Shown here in pieces: positions 1 to 10,676 of a DNA stretch of 64,000 nt. The stretch's first letter is position 1; every line of letters starts with the position of its first letter. The stretch is from an uncultured Pelagibacteraceae bacterium (GTDB lineage Bacteria; Pseudomonadota; Alphaproteobacteria; Pelagibacterales; Pelagibacteraceae): NCBI GenBank assembly GCA_902635545.1, contig CACPOL010000003.1, positions 7,979 to 71,978 on the forward strand, written 5' to 3'. The position numbers were made by a program, and so were the translations under genes. Under the pieces are notes generated by a model that had not been told where the DNA came from, did no database searches, and worked only from the letters and a program-made list of their open reading frames with translations.

Positions 1-1
1 A

Positions 2-796
2 TTAGTTAAAGCAGGAGCTTTTGATAAACTTAATAAAAATCGACAATCATTATTTAATTCAATACCAAATTTAATTCTAAAATCCAAAAATATTTTTGAG
101 AATAAATCTGCAAACCAAATTGACTTATTTGGAGAAGAAGAAATGCAAAATGATGATATTATTCAAAAAATAACAGATTGGAAGTTTGAGGATAGACTAT
201 CAAAAGAGTTTGAAGCAATAGGTTTTTTTATATCTGATCATCCTTTAAATCAATTCAAGGAAATATTTAATGATTATAAGATTATTGATTACAATAATTT
301 TATGACTAATGATGAAATAACTGATTGTAATATTTCTGCTACATTATTGAAAAAATATGAAAGAAAAACTTCGAAAGGAAACTCTTATGCGGTATTAAAA
401 TTAACTGATTTAAATAGTGTTTTTGAACTGTTTATTTTTTCTGAGACTTTACAAAACAATAGAGAGATATTAATTGAAGGAAATTCTTTAATACTAACTT
501 TAATAAAAAATATATCAAATGATGAAAATCGTTTTAAAAGAATTAATGTACAAAAAATAGCATCTTTAAAAGATTTATTTAATAATCCTGTTAAAGAAGT
601 CACATTTGAATTGTCTTCCGATAATCAATTAAGTGAAGTTTCTGAAGCTGTATCTAAGGAGGGAAATACTATTATAAATATTAAGATTAATAATAATAAA
701 AAGAATCTTTTATTTAGATTAAAAAATAAGAGAAATGTTGATAGAAAATCAATAAATATCCTAAGAAATAAGAATATTTCAGCAATTATAAGTTAA
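2..796 (+). CDS. dnaE: DNA polymerase III alpha subunit, C-terminal part (5'-truncated by the window)
   Basis: Frame is open from position 2 (LVKAGAFD...). Contains E-x-x-x-GFFISDHPL and an OB-fold region (RKTSKGNSYAVLKLTD), and lies upstream of rpsB. Confidence 0.93.
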   Translation, partial: LVKAGAFDKLNKNRQSLFNSIPNLILKSKNIFENKSANQIDLFGEEEMQNDDIIQKITDWKFEDRLSKEFEAIGFFISDHPLNQFKEIFNDYKIIDYNNFMTNDEITDCNISATLLKKYERKTSKGNSYAVLKLTDLNSVFELFIFSETLQNNREILIEGNSLILTLIKNISNDENRFKRINVQKIASLKDLFNNPVKEVTFELSSDNQLSEVSEAVSKEGNTIINIKINNNKKNLLFRLKNKRNVDRKSINILRNKNISAIIS

Positions 797-850
797 ATAA
801 TACTTGTTTATTTTCTCAATTATTTGTAAAAACCAACAAATTAATTAATA

Positions 851-916
851 CGCACACAGTATGTGGTTTTATACCTCCGGTCCTTAAGTGGAAAAACTGT
901 GGTGGCATAACCGGGA
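851..916 (+). ncRNA. rpsB 5' leader, putative S2-binding autoregulatory RNA with pseudoknot
   Basis: GC-richer leader. CACAGT (855-860) pairs with ACTGTG (896-901); loop CCGGT (877-881) pairs with ACCGG (910-914) just before the start codon. Structured rpsB leaders are known in proteobacteria including Pelagibacter. Confidence 0.75.
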
Positions 917-922
917 ATAAAT

Positions 923-1738
923 ATGAAGATACCTAATTTAACTATTCAACAATTATTAGAGGCTGGAGTTCACCTTGGACATAAAACTTTAAGATGGAAT
1001 CCAAAAATGAAAAAGTACATCTTTGGAAAAAGAGACTCTATTCATATTATTGATTTAACCCAAACTCTTGAACTTACTAAGTTTGCTTTAGAGAAAGTCT
1101 TTAGCACGATAACAAATAATGGTAAGATTCTTTTTGTCTCAACAAAAAAGCAAGCTTCAGAGGCAATAGCTGAAGTAGCTAAAGAAACTGATCAATATTA
1201 TGTTAATTATAGATGGCTAGGGGGTATGCTCACTAACTGGGGCACTATTTCAAATTCAATCAAGAAACTTAAAAAATTAGAAACTGATTTAGTATCTGAA
1301 AATAGAGGATTTACCAAAAAAGAGCTTCTTAAGATGAGTGTTCAAAGAGACAAACTTCAAAGATCATTAGGAGGTATTTCTGAGATGAAAAAAATTCCAG
1401 ATTTAGTGTTTATAATTGATACTAATTATGAGTCTTTAGCTATTCAAGAGTCTGTTAAGCTTGGAATACCAATAATAGCTATTTTAGATAGCAATTCCAA
1501 TCCTGATGGAATTGATTTTCCTATTCCTGGAAACGATGATGCTAGAAGATCAATTGATCTATATTGTAATCTAATTAAGGAAACTATTTTAAATGCTAAA
1601 AAAGAAGCTCCTAAATTAATAATTAAAGATGAAAGTGAAAAAAAAAAAGACAAAGATAAGACTAAAACAATTCAGGAACTAGATAGAGAAAAATTAGATA
1701 AAAAATTTTCAAAAAAAAAAGATATTAAGATTAATTAA
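923..1738 (+). CDS. rpsB: 30S ribosomal protein S2
   Basis: [25 protein letters not shown] and PGNDDA motifs. Confidence 0.99.
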   Translation: MKIPNLTIQQLLEAGVHLGHKTLRWNPKMKKYIFGKRDSIHIIDLTQTLELTKFALEKVFSTITNNGKILFVSTKKQASEAIAEVAKETDQYYVNYRWLGGMLTNWGTISNSIKKLKKLETDLVSENRGFTKKELLKMSVQRDKLQRSLGGISEMKKIPDLVFIIDTNYESLAIQESVKLGIPIIAILDSNSNPDGIDFPIPGNDDARRSIDLYCNLIKETILNAKKEAPKLIIKDESEKKKDKDKTKTIQELDREKLDKKFSKKKDIKIN

Positions 1739-1743
1739 TTAAA

Positions 1744-2595
1744 ATGAGTGAGATTGAAAAAGTTAAACAGCTTAGAAAATCAACTGGTGCTGGTTTTAAA
1801 GATTGTAATTTAGCGATTCAAGAGTCTAAGGGAGATTTAGACAAAGCAATAGAAATTTTAAGAGTTAAAGGCATTTCTAAGGCTTCAAAAAAAATGTCTA
1901 GAGATGCTAAAGAGGGATTGGTTGCTGTATGTGGTGATGAAAAAAAAACATCAATTATAGAAATAAATTGTGAAACCGATTTTGTAGCTAAAAATGAAGA
2001 TTTTATATCTTTTGCAAAAGAATTAAGTGATCTTAACCATCAAAACAATTCTGATATCGACAACCTTAAAAAGAGTAAGATGAAAAATGGTGATGATGTA
2101 GAAACTAATCTTGTATCAATAATTGCTAAGATGGGTGAAAAAATTACTCTAGGAAAAACGAAAACACTAAATCATAATGGAACAAAAAACTTTAGTTATT
2201 CACACACAATAGTAAAAGATAATTTATCAAAACTAGCTGTGATTGTTTCTTTGGAAACTAAGGAAGACTCTGATGAAGTTAAATCTTTTGGAAAACAACT
2301 TGCAATGCATGTGGCAGCATCAAACCCATTAGCTCTTGAATCTAAATTAATTGATGAAGATATTTTAATAAAAGAACAAAACCTTATTGCTGAAGAATTA
2401 AAGAATTCTGGTAAAGCAGATGAAATTGCTAAAAAGATTAGTCTTGGTAAGATTAATAAATTTAAGGAAGAAAATTCTTTGTTAACTCAAGCTTGGGTTA
2501 TGGAACCCAAAAAAAAAGTACAGGACGTTATTAAAGAACTATCTATAAATGATCTAAAAATAAAAGATTTTTATAGACTGAAGATTGGTGAATAA
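1744..2595 (+). CDS. tsf: Elongation factor Ts
   Basis: [11 protein letters not shown] and [10 protein letters not shown] motifs; follows rpsB. Confidence 0.99.
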   Translation: MSEIEKVKQLRKSTGAGFKDCNLAIQESKGDLDKAIEILRVKGISKASKKMSRDAKEGLVAVCGDEKKTSIIEINCETDFVAKNEDFISFAKELSDLNHQNNSDIDNLKKSKMKNGDDVETNLVSIIAKMGEKITLGKTKTLNHNGTKNFSYSHTIVKDNLSKLAVIVSLETKEDSDEVKSFGKQLAMHVAASNPLALESKLIDEDILIKEQNLIAEELKNSGKADEIAKKISLGKINKFKEENSLLTQAWVMEPKKKVQDVIKELSINDLKIKDFYRLKIGE

Positions 2596-3147
2596 ATGTT
2601 TAATGATAAATCTTATAGTCAAAAAATGGACAAAACTTTAGAAGTTTTTTCTAAAGAACTTTCATCTTTGAGAACTGGAAGAGCTAATGCTAATATGTTG
2701 GATTTAATAAAAATTGACGTATATGGTCAACAAATGCCAATCAATCAAGTAGCTAGTATTACCACACCTGAACCAAGAATAATTAATATTCAAGTTTGGG
2801 ATATAAACAATGTTCCATTAATTGATACTGCTATAAAAAAATCAGAACTAGGATTGAATCCTCAAATAGATGGTCAATTAATTCGTTTACCTATCCCAGA
2901 TTTAAGTGAAGAACGAAGAAGTGATATAAAAAAAATGATTAAATCGATGGGTGAAAAATGTAAAGTTTCAATAAGAAATATTAGAAGAGAAGCAAACGAT
3001 AATCTTAAAAATCTTCTTAAAAAAAAAGAAATTAGTGAAGATGATGAAAAGAAAAATGAAAAGATAATACAAAATTTAACTGATTCACATATTAAATTAG
3101 TTGATGATAAAGTAGCAATTAAAGAAAAAGAAATAATGACGATATGA
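2596..3147 (+). CDS. frr: Ribosome recycling factor
   Basis: LRTGRAN, LGLNPQIDG and IRNIRR motifs. Confidence 0.98.
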   Translation: MFNDKSYSQKMDKTLEVFSKELSSLRTGRANANMLDLIKIDVYGQQMPINQVASITTPEPRIINIQVWDINNVPLIDTAIKKSELGLNPQIDGQLIRLPIPDLSEERRSDIKKMIKSMGEKCKVSIRNIRREANDNLKNLLKKKEISEDDEKKNEKIIQNLTDSHIKLVDDKVAIKEKEIMTI

Positions 3148-3821
3148 ACCCAATTAATCATGTAGCCATAATAATGGATGGCAACGGTAGATGGGGTTTA
3201 AAACACAAAAAGTCAAGAAACGCTGGTCATAAAGCTGGATTATCTACAATTGAAAATATAATTAAATCGACAATTAAAAATAAAATAAAATATTTAACAC
3301 TTTATACATTTTCAACAGAAAATTGGAAAAGACCAAGAAAAGAAATAAATTTCTTATTCGAATTATTACAGAACTTTTTATCAAAAAAAATCGACATTTT
3401 AGTTAAAAATGACATTAAGCTTAAAGTAATTGGTGAAAAAAAGGTATTTTCAAATAAAATTAAAAAAGCTTTAAAAAATGCTGAAAATCTGACTTTAAAA
3501 AACAAAAGATTACAAATTAACTTAGCTTTAAATTACGGTTCTAAAACAGAGATATTAAAGTCTATAAATCATATAGTTAAGAATAATATAAAGATTTCAG
3601 AGGCAAATATTAAAAATAATTTATATACTCAAAAAACTCCAGATCCAGATATCTTAATTCGGACAGGAAATACAAACAGGTTAAGTAACTTTTTATTATG
3701 GCAAATAGCCTACACAGAGATATTTTTTGAAAAAAAACTTTGGCCTGATTTCAATACAAGAGATTATAATCGAATATTAACAAAATTTAGAAAACTAAAA
3801 AGAAACTTTGGTAATATATAA
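3144..3821 (+). CDS. uppS: Undecaprenyl diphosphate synthase
   Basis: HVAIIMDGNGRW, FSTENWKRP and RLSNFLLWQ motifs. Confidence 0.98.
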   Translation: MNPINHVAIIMDGNGRWGLKHKKSRNAGHKAGLSTIENIIKSTIKNKIKYLTLYTFSTENWKRPRKEINFLFELLQNFLSKKIDILVKNDIKLKVIGEKKVFSNKIKKALKNAENLTLKNKRLQINLALNYGSKTEILKSINHIVKNNIKISEANIKNNLYTQKTPDPDILIRTGNTNRLSNFLLWQIAYTEIFFEKKLWPDFNTRDYNRILTKFRKLKRNFGNI

Positions 3822-4489
3822 TGAATAAAGAATTATCTCTTAGATTAATTACTTCATTTTGCTTATTTATATTATTGTTTTTAATGTACGAATATAATTA
3901 TATTTTAGTAATTTCTTTAATCTTAATTGGAGTAATAATTTTTTTTGAATTTAATAACTTAATTAAAAAAATCTTAAAAAAAAATAAAAATAATTTTTTT
4001 ACATTAATTTTATACAAATTATTTTTCCTTACTTATATTTCGTTTTTGATTTATTTAATTCTTATGTCACGAATTAACGAGGAAATTGATGAATTATTAA
4101 TTATATATCCATTATTAGTCTCAATAACTTCAGATATTGGTGGATTAATCTTCGGTAAAATATTTAAAGGAAAAAAGTTGATAAAAAAAATCAGTCCTAA
4201 CAAAACTATTTCAGGTTCTATTGGATCACTATTTTTTTCAATACTACTTGGGCTTTATCTATTGGATCATTTTGATAATATTCCAATTATCTTTTTTTTA
4301 CTTATTACTTTTTTAATTTCTATAATTTCTCAACTAGGAGATTTATTAATCTCATATATGAAAAGAAAAGCAAAAATTAAAGATACTGGAAATATATTGC
4401 CTGGACATGGTGGCTTTTTAGATAGGGTAGATGGAATTATTTTTTCTATTCCAATAGGTTTTTTATTATTAAATATTTTTAATTCATGA
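3821..4489 (+). CDS. cdsA: Phosphatidate cytidylyltransferase
   Basis: Hydrophobic protein with ISPNKT and KDTGNILPGHGGFLDRVD. Confidence 0.97.
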   Translation: MNKELSLRLITSFCLFILLFLMYEYNYILVISLILIGVIIFFEFNNLIKKILKKNKNNFFTLILYKLFFLTYISFLIYLILMSRINEEIDELLIIYPLLVSITSDIGGLIFGKIFKGKKLIKKISPNKTISGSIGSLFFSILLGLYLLDHFDNIPIIFFLLITFLISIISQLGDLLISYMKRKAKIKDTGNILPGHGGFLDRVDGIIFSIPIGFLLLNIFNS

Positions 4490-5649
4490 AAAAAAAAATT
4501 GTAATATTAGGATCAACAGGCTCAATTGGAAAAACTACGATTAATTTATTTAAAGATAATTTAAAAGATTATGAAATTATACTTTTAACAACAAATAAAA
4601 ATATAAAAGAATTAAAAAAACAGGTTAAAATTTTCAAAGTTAAGAGAGTTTTAATTACAGATTACGAAAAGTTTCTTCAATTTAAAAAAGAATATAAAAA
4701 TAAAAAAATTAAAGTTTACAATGATCTTAATCTTCTTAAACAAATACTTCCAAAAAAAGTTGATTATACAATGTGTTCAATAAGTGGTATTGAAGGATTA
4801 AAACCAACTTTAGACGTAATTTCCAGAAGTAAAAAAATTGCTATTGCGAACAAAGAGTCAATTATATGTGGTTGGAATCTGATTAAAAAAAAATTAAAAT
4901 TTTATAAAACAGAATTTGTTCCAGTAGATTCTGAACATTTTTCAATTTGGTCATTAGTTAAAGGTATAAAAAAAGACAATATTGAAAAAATATATTTAAC
5001 AGCTTCAGGAGGTCCTTTTTTACATTGGTCCAAAAAAAAAATTGCTAATGCAAAACCAAAATTTGCTTTAAATCATCCTAATTGGTCTATGGGTAATAAA
5101 ATTTCAATCGACTCTGCATCTATGATGAATAAGGTTTTTGAAGTTATAGAGGCACAAAGAATTTTTGAAGTCGATATTTCAAAGTTTGAAATACTTATTC
5201 ATGAAAAATCTTATGTGCATGCAATTGTAAAATTTAAAAATGGATTAACAAAATTATTAGTACATGATACTAAAATGGATATACCTATTTTTAATACAAT
5301 TGATTTTGGCTCTAATGCAAAGAACATCAATTCAAAAATTAACTTTAATTTATTAAATAATTTGAACTTTAAAAAAATTGATAAAAATAAATTCCCAAGT
5401 GTTAAGATATTACAATCAATTACAAATAAAATATCACTTTATGAAACTGTTCTAATAAGTGTAAATGATGAATTAGTAAAAATGTATCTAGAGAATAGAA
5501 TTAAATTTAGTGAAATATCTTTATATTTATATAAAATAATTAATTTAAAGGAATTTACTAAATATAAAAAAAAAACACCAAAAAATATCAAAGAAATAGA
5601 CGTATTAAGCAGATATGTTCGATTGAAAACTAAAACATTATGTATATAA
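4486..5649 (+). CDS. dxr: 1-deoxy-D-xylulose 5-phosphate reductoisomerase
   Basis: LGSTGSIG, ANKES, PVDSEH, TASGGPF and HPNWSMG motifs. Confidence 0.98.
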   Translation: MKKKIVILGSTGSIGKTTINLFKDNLKDYEIILLTTNKNIKELKKQVKIFKVKRVLITDYEKFLQFKKEYKNKKIKVYNDLNLLKQILPKKVDYTMCSISGIEGLKPTLDVISRSKKIAIANKESIICGWNLIKKKLKFYKTEFVPVDSEHFSIWSLVKGIKKDNIEKIYLTASGGPFLHWSKKKIANAKPKFALNHPNWSMGNKISIDSASMMNKVFEVIEAQRIFEVDISKFEILIHEKSYVHAIVKFKNGLTKLLVHDTKMDIPIFNTIDFGSNAKNINSKINFNLLNNLNFKKIDKNKFPSVKILQSITNKISLYETVLISVNDELVKMYLENRIKFSEISLYLYKIINLKEFTKYKKKTPKNIKEIDVLSRYVRLKTKTLCI

Positions 5650-5658
5650 AATGCTAAA

Positions 5659-7899
5659 ATGTTTAAAGTCTTACAAGCCAGTTTTGTAATTTTTTTTATT
5701 CTTTTAAAAAGCGCATATTCTGAAATTTTAAAAGAATTTCAAATTTTAGGCAATGAGAGAGTATCTAAGCAAACAATAATAAATTTTAGCAATTTAAACC
5801 TTGGTTCTGACATTGACTCTTCAGCTATAAATCAATCTCTTAAAAATTTATATGATTCTAATTTCTTTGAAGATGTATCTTTGGTGTTAAAAAATGGTGT
5901 CCTTATAATAAATGTTAAAGAATATCCAATAATTCAAGAAATAATAATATCAGGTATTAAAGGTGAAAAATTAAAGAAGAAACTTTATGAAGAAATATCA
6001 TTAAAAGAAAAAAATCCTTATAATAAGATTTTATTAAAAAAGGATTTAAATAAACTTTTAAATATTTTTAAAAAATCAGGTTATTATTTTGCTGAAATCG
6101 AAATTCTAGAGGAAATCAATTCTAACAATACTGTTACTTTAACTTATCAAATTGATAGGGGAGAAAAAGCGTTAATCAAAAAAATAAGATTTATTGGTGA
6201 TAAGGTTTTTAAAGATAGAAAACTTTATAGTATCATTACTTCTGAAGAAGGTAAATTTTGGAAATTCATATCAAAAGGTAAATATTTAGATTTTGAAAGG
6301 ATGAGTTTAGACAAAAGACTTCTAAAAAATTTTTATTTAAATAATGGATATTATCAAGTTGAAATTGAAGATGGGTATTCACAAATTATAAATGAAAATG
6401 GATTTTCTTTAACATACCAAATTAATGCTGGTGATAAATTTTATTTTAATAATTTTGAAATCTTATTACCTGATGATTATGATCCTAAACAATTTAAAAA
6501 ACTAACTAAAATTTTTGAAAAATTAAAAAATAAAACTTATGATCAATCAAAAATTTCAAAAATATTAAATGAAATAGATAGAATTTCACTTTTAGAAAAT
6601 TATGAATTTATAGATGCAGAAGTTTCTGAAAATATTATTGAAAAAAACAAAATTAACTTTGTCTTTCAAATAAAAGAATCTGAAAAATTTTATGTTGAAA
6701 GAATTAATGTATTTGGAAATAATATTACTGAGGAAAGTTTTATCAGACAACAATTTATTGTTGATGAAGGCGATCCCTTTAATAAACTTTTACATAATAA
6801 ATCATTAAATAATTTAAGATCAAAAGGCATTTTTGCTAAAGTAAAAAGTGAAGTTAAGCCAGGTAAAGATGAAAATTTAAAAGTAATAGATGTCTTTATT
6901 GAGGAAAAACCCACTGGAGAAATTATGGCAGGTGCTGGGTATGGTACAAATGGATCAACATTTGTAATAGGAATTAAAGAAAATAATTTTGCGGGTAAAG
7001 GAATTATACTTGATAGCAATGTATCTATTTCAGAAGAGTCTCTAAAAGGAAAAATTTCATATACTAATCCAAATTTTCAATATAGTGATAGGTCTCTTAT
7101 AAGTTCAATTGAAAGTACTACCACTGATAAAGAGGCAGATTCTGGTTATAAAAGCTCATTAAATAGAATTTCAGTTGGGACTAGTTTTGAACAATATGAA
7201 GGTTTTTTTATAACACCATATTTCAACGTTTCAAATGAGTCGGTAACAACAACCGCCAATGCATCAGAAAATTATAAAAAACAAGAGGGATCTTATTTTG
7301 ATACACTTTTTGATTACGTACTTGTTTACGACCAAAGAAATTCATCTTTTCGACCTTCAGAGGGCTATATTAGTAAATGGGTGCAATCTTTACCGGTTTA
7401 TGCAGACGGATCACCAATACTTAATGGTTATGAGATAACTACATATAAAAAATTGATGGACGATATGGTTTTTTCTTTCGGATTTTATGGAAGAGCAATT
7501 AATTCATTAAGTGACGATGATGTAAGAGTATCAAAAAGATTATATATGCCAAGCTCGAAATTAAGAGGTTTTGAATATGGAAAAGTTGGTCCTAAAGATG
7601 GCAATGATTTTGTTGGAGGTAATTATATAACCTCAATTAATGCATCATCAACTCTTCCATATATTCTAGAAACAATGGAAAATGTTGATGTAAAAGTTTT
7701 TTTTGATGCAGCTAATGTTTGGGGAGTAGATTATTCAAGCTCAATAAATGAAAGTAATAAAATTCGATCATCATTTGGAGCTGCACTTGATGTATTAACA
7801 CCTATTGGTCCTTTAAGTTTTTCTTTAGCCCAACCAATCACAAAAGAAAATACAGATATAACAGAAACATTTAGATTTCAAATAGGTACTACTTTTTAA
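5659..7899 (+). CDS. bamA: Outer membrane protein assembly factor BamA
   Basis: Signal peptide, POTRA repeats (GNERV, GNNIT), LRGF loop, TPIGPL and C-terminal FQIGTTF. Confidence 0.97.
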   Translation: MFKVLQASFVIFFILLKSAYSEILKEFQILGNERVSKQTIINFSNLNLGSDIDSSAINQSLKNLYDSNFFEDVSLVLKNGVLIINVKEYPIIQEIIISGIKGEKLKKKLYEEISLKEKNPYNKILLKKDLNKLLNIFKKSGYYFAEIEILEEINSNNTVTLTYQIDRGEKALIKKIRFIGDKVFKDRKLYSIITSEEGKFWKFISKGKYLDFERMSLDKRLLKNFYLNNGYYQVEIEDGYSQIINENGFSLTYQINAGDKFYFNNFEILLPDDYDPKQFKKLTKIFEKLKNKTYDQSKISKILNEIDRISLLENYEFIDAEVSENIIEKNKINFVFQIKESEKFYVERINVFGNNITEESFIRQQFIVDEGDPFNKLLHNKSLNNLRSKGIFAKVKSEVKPGKDENLKVIDVFIEEKPTGEIMAGAGYGTNGSTFVIGIKENNFAGKGIILDSNVSISEESLKGKISYTNPNFQYSDRSLISSIESTTTDKEADSGYKSSLNRISVGTSFEQYEGFFITPYFNVSNESVTTTANASENYKKQEGSYFDTLFDYVLVYDQRNSSFRPSEGYISKWVQSLPVYADGSPILNGYEITTYKKLMDDMVFSFGFYGRAINSLSDDDVRVSKRLYMPSSKLRGFEYGKVGPKDGNDFVGGNYITSINASSTLPYILETMENVDVKVFFDAANVWGVDYSSSINESNKIRSSFGAALDVLTPIGPLSFSLAQPITKENTDITETFRFQIGTTF

Positions 7900-8426
7900 T
7901 GAAATATTTAAAAAAGATTATTCTATTTAGTTTTTTGATAATAAGTTTTTCTTCGAGTGTTTTTAGTACAGAAAAAATATTTGCTATTGATATGGATTTA
8001 TTGTTAGAAAAATCATTGGCTGGTAAATCTATAACAAAACAACTTCAATCAATACAAAAAAAAAATCGAGAATATTTTACTAAAGAGGAAAAAACGTTAA
8101 AGAATAAAGAAAAAGAAATTATTGACCAAAAAAATATCTTATCTAAAGAAGAATTAAATAAAAAGATTTCAGCTTTAAAAAAAGAAGTAAATGAAATGAA
8201 TAAAGAGCGAAATAAAAGAAGATCATCGTATAACAATACAAAAAATAAACTTATTCAAAGCTTTCTAAAACAAGTAAATCCAATTATTACTGATTATGCA
8301 AAAAATAATAATATTTCAATGATTATTGATCAAAAAAACTTAATAATTAGCAAAAATGAAATTAATATAACAAATAAAATTTTAAAACAATTGGATGAAA
8401 AAATAAAAAAGATTAAAATAAATTAG
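7899..8426 (+). CDS. skp: OmpH/Skp periplasmic chaperone
   Basis: Signal peptide, coiled-coil body and NITNKILKQLD tail; directly follows bamA. Confidence 0.85.
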   Translation: MKYLKKIILFSFLIISFSSSVFSTEKIFAIDMDLLLEKSLAGKSITKQLQSIQKKNREYFTKEEKTLKNKEKEIIDQKNILSKEELNKKISALKKEVNEMNKERNKRRSSYNNTKNKLIQSFLKQVNPIITDYAKNNNISMIIDQKNLIISKNEINITNKILKQLDEKIKKIKIN

Positions 8427-8873
8427 ATGAATTCATTATCAAAAAAAGAAATTATAGATTTATTACCTCATAGAGAGCCTATGCTTTTAATAGATGAGCT
8501 TTTAAATATTAAAAAACTTTTTTCTGCAACGGCTATTGTAAATGTTAAAAAAGATAGCTTTTTTGTTCAAGGACATTTTCCTGGTCAACCTGTAATGCCA
8601 GGAGTATTGATTGTTGAAGCATTTGGACAAGCTGCTGCAGCTTTAACAGCTCATGGTATAGATAAAGCTACTTACGAAAATAAACTTGTTTTTTTGATGA
8701 GTGTCGAAAAAGCAAGATTTAGAAATCCAGTTATTCCAGATTGTAAACTTGAGTTAAATATTGAGGCTATTAGATCACATGGAAAAGTGTGGAAATACAA
8801 AGGTGATGCATTTGTTGATGGAAAACGAATGGCTGATGCTCAATGGTCAGCAACAATAGTTGATAGAAAATAA
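8427..8873 (+). CDS. fabZ: 3-hydroxyacyl-ACP dehydratase
   Basis: LPHREPMLLID and GHFPGQPVMPGVLIVEA motifs. Confidence 0.98.
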   Translation: MNSLSKKEIIDLLPHREPMLLIDELLNIKKLFSATAIVNVKKDSFFVQGHFPGQPVMPGVLIVEAFGQAAAALTAHGIDKATYENKLVFLMSVEKARFRNPVIPDCKLELNIEAIRSHGKVWKYKGDAFVDGKRMADAQWSATIVDRK

Positions 8874-8927
8874 TTAGTAATATTTGTTGATAAGTATTAT
8901 TCAAAAGTTTTGATATTAAACTTATTA

Positions 8928-9902
8928 ATGATAAATCCTTTTTTTAAAAACACTGGACCTTATAAATTAGATTTCCTTCTAAAGTCTTTAAATTTAAATA
9001 TTGAAAACGATAGTGAAACTATAAATGATATAAAAGACTTAAACTCAGCAGGAAATAAAGATATTACATTTTTTCACTCAAAAAAATATAGTGAATTTGC
9101 TAAAGTTACAAAAGCATCATATTGTATCACTAATGATAATCTTAAAAATTTTCTTCCAAAAAGTTGTAAAGCAATTATTTCTAGCGAAGTTTTACTCAAT
9201 ACTGCACAGATAACTAAAATTTTTTATCCGGACTCCGTTACAGATGATTTTGATAACTCAGTTGATGAAATAGCTAAAACAAAATTAATTAATAAAGTAA
9301 AATTTGGAAAAAATGTTTTAATTGGAAAAAATGTAAAAATTGGCTCTAATTGTTCAATAGGTCATAATTCTATTTTAGAAAAAAATATTTCGATTGGTGA
9401 TAATTGTTCTATTGGATCCAATGTTATTATCAGAAATTCAATAATAAAAGATAATGTGCATATACTTGATGGTTGTATAATTGGAAAAAAAGGTTTTGGT
9501 TTTTTTCCCGATAATCAATGTAATTTTAGATATCCTCAGATTGGAATGGTTATAATAGAAAATAATGCAGAGATTGGTAGTGGTTCAACAATTGATAGAG
9601 GATCTTTATCTAATACAATTATTGGAAAAAATACATTTTTAGATAATCAAATCCATATAGCCCATAATGTAAAAATTGGAAATAATTGTATAATAGCTGG
9701 TCAAGTTGGATTTGCTGGGAGTTCAACACTAGGAAATAATGTTATGATTGGTGGACAGGCTGGAGTTTCTGGTCATTTAAAAGTTGGAAACAATGTTCAA
9801 ATTGGAGGTGGTAGTGGTGTTATAGGTGATATACCTGATAATACTAAAGTAATGGGTTACCCAGCAAAAAATTTAAGAGAATTTATAAAAGATAATAAAT
9901 GA
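8928..9902 (+). CDS. lpxD: UDP-3-O-acylglucosamine N-acyltransferase
   Basis: Hexapeptide repeats, GFGF, TIDRG and DNQIHIAHNV. ATG at 8928 preferred over TTG at 8910. Confidence 0.97.
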   Translation: MINPFFKNTGPYKLDFLLKSLNLNIENDSETINDIKDLNSAGNKDITFFHSKKYSEFAKVTKASYCITNDNLKNFLPKSCKAIISSEVLLNTAQITKIFYPDSVTDDFDNSVDEIAKTKLINKVKFGKNVLIGKNVKIGSNCSIGHNSILEKNISIGDNCSIGSNVIIRNSIIKDNVHILDGCIIGKKGFGFFPDNQCNFRYPQIGMVIIENNAEIGSGSTIDRGSLSNTIIGKNTFLDNQIHIAHNVKIGNNCIIAGQVGFAGSSTLGNNVMIGGQAGVSGHLKVGNNVQIGGGSGVIGDIPDNTKVMGYPAKNLREFIKDNK

Positions 9903-10675
9903 TAGATAAAACTGCAATTATAGATTCAAAAGCAAAATTAGATAAAAATGTTCAGGTAGGCCCTTACAGTGTAATAGGCCCTAATGTTGAGATTGGAGCA
10001 AACACCATTATCCAATCACATGTAAATATTAATGGAAATGTTAAAATTGGCAAAGGAAATAAGATTTACCCTTTTGTTTCTATTAATGATCCACAAGATT
10101 TGAAATATGCTGGCGAACCAACTAATCTTATAATTGGAGATAATAATAAGATCAGAGAATACGTAACAATAAATCCAGGAACAGTTGGTGGTGGTGGTAA
10201 AACAGTTATTGGAAATAACTGTTTATTTATGATTTCATCACATATCGCTCATGATTGTCAGGTAGGAAACAATGTAATAATTGCAAATAATGTTCCATTG
10301 GGAGGACATGCAATTATTGAGGATAATGTTGTTATTGGAGGCAATTCAGCAGTTCAACAATTCACAAGAATTGGCAAAATGGCTATGATTGGTGGGATGA
10401 CAGGAGTATTACACGATGTAATCCCTTATGGATTGTCAACAGGAAATAGAAACTCACTACAAGGATTAAACTTAATAGGATTGAGAAGAGCAAAATTTGA
10501 AAATAAAGATATCTTAGGATTAAGTGAAGCTTATAAAGAGATTTTTGCCACAAAGAATATCAATGAAAACATAAGTAAATTGAATGGTTCTTTTCAAGAA
10601 AATCCATTAGTTAAGAATGTAATTGACTTTATAACAAAAGATAAAAAAAGATCTATTTGCACACCATTTTCGTAA
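9899..10675 (+). CDS. lpxA: UDP-N-acetylglucosamine acyltransferase
   Basis: PQDLKY, IREYVTI, HIAHDC and GLNLIGLRR motifs. Confidence 0.98.
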   Translation: MIDKTAIIDSKAKLDKNVQVGPYSVIGPNVEIGANTIIQSHVNINGNVKIGKGNKIYPFVSINDPQDLKYAGEPTNLIIGDNNKIREYVTINPGTVGGGGKTVIGNNCLFMISSHIAHDCQVGNNVIIANNVPLGGHAIIEDNVVIGGNSAVQQFTRIGKMAMIGGMTGVLHDVIPYGLSTGNRNSLQGLNLIGLRRAKFENKDILGLSEAYKEIFATKNINENISKLNGSFQENPLVKNVIDFITKDKKRSICTPFS

Positions 10676-10676
10676 G

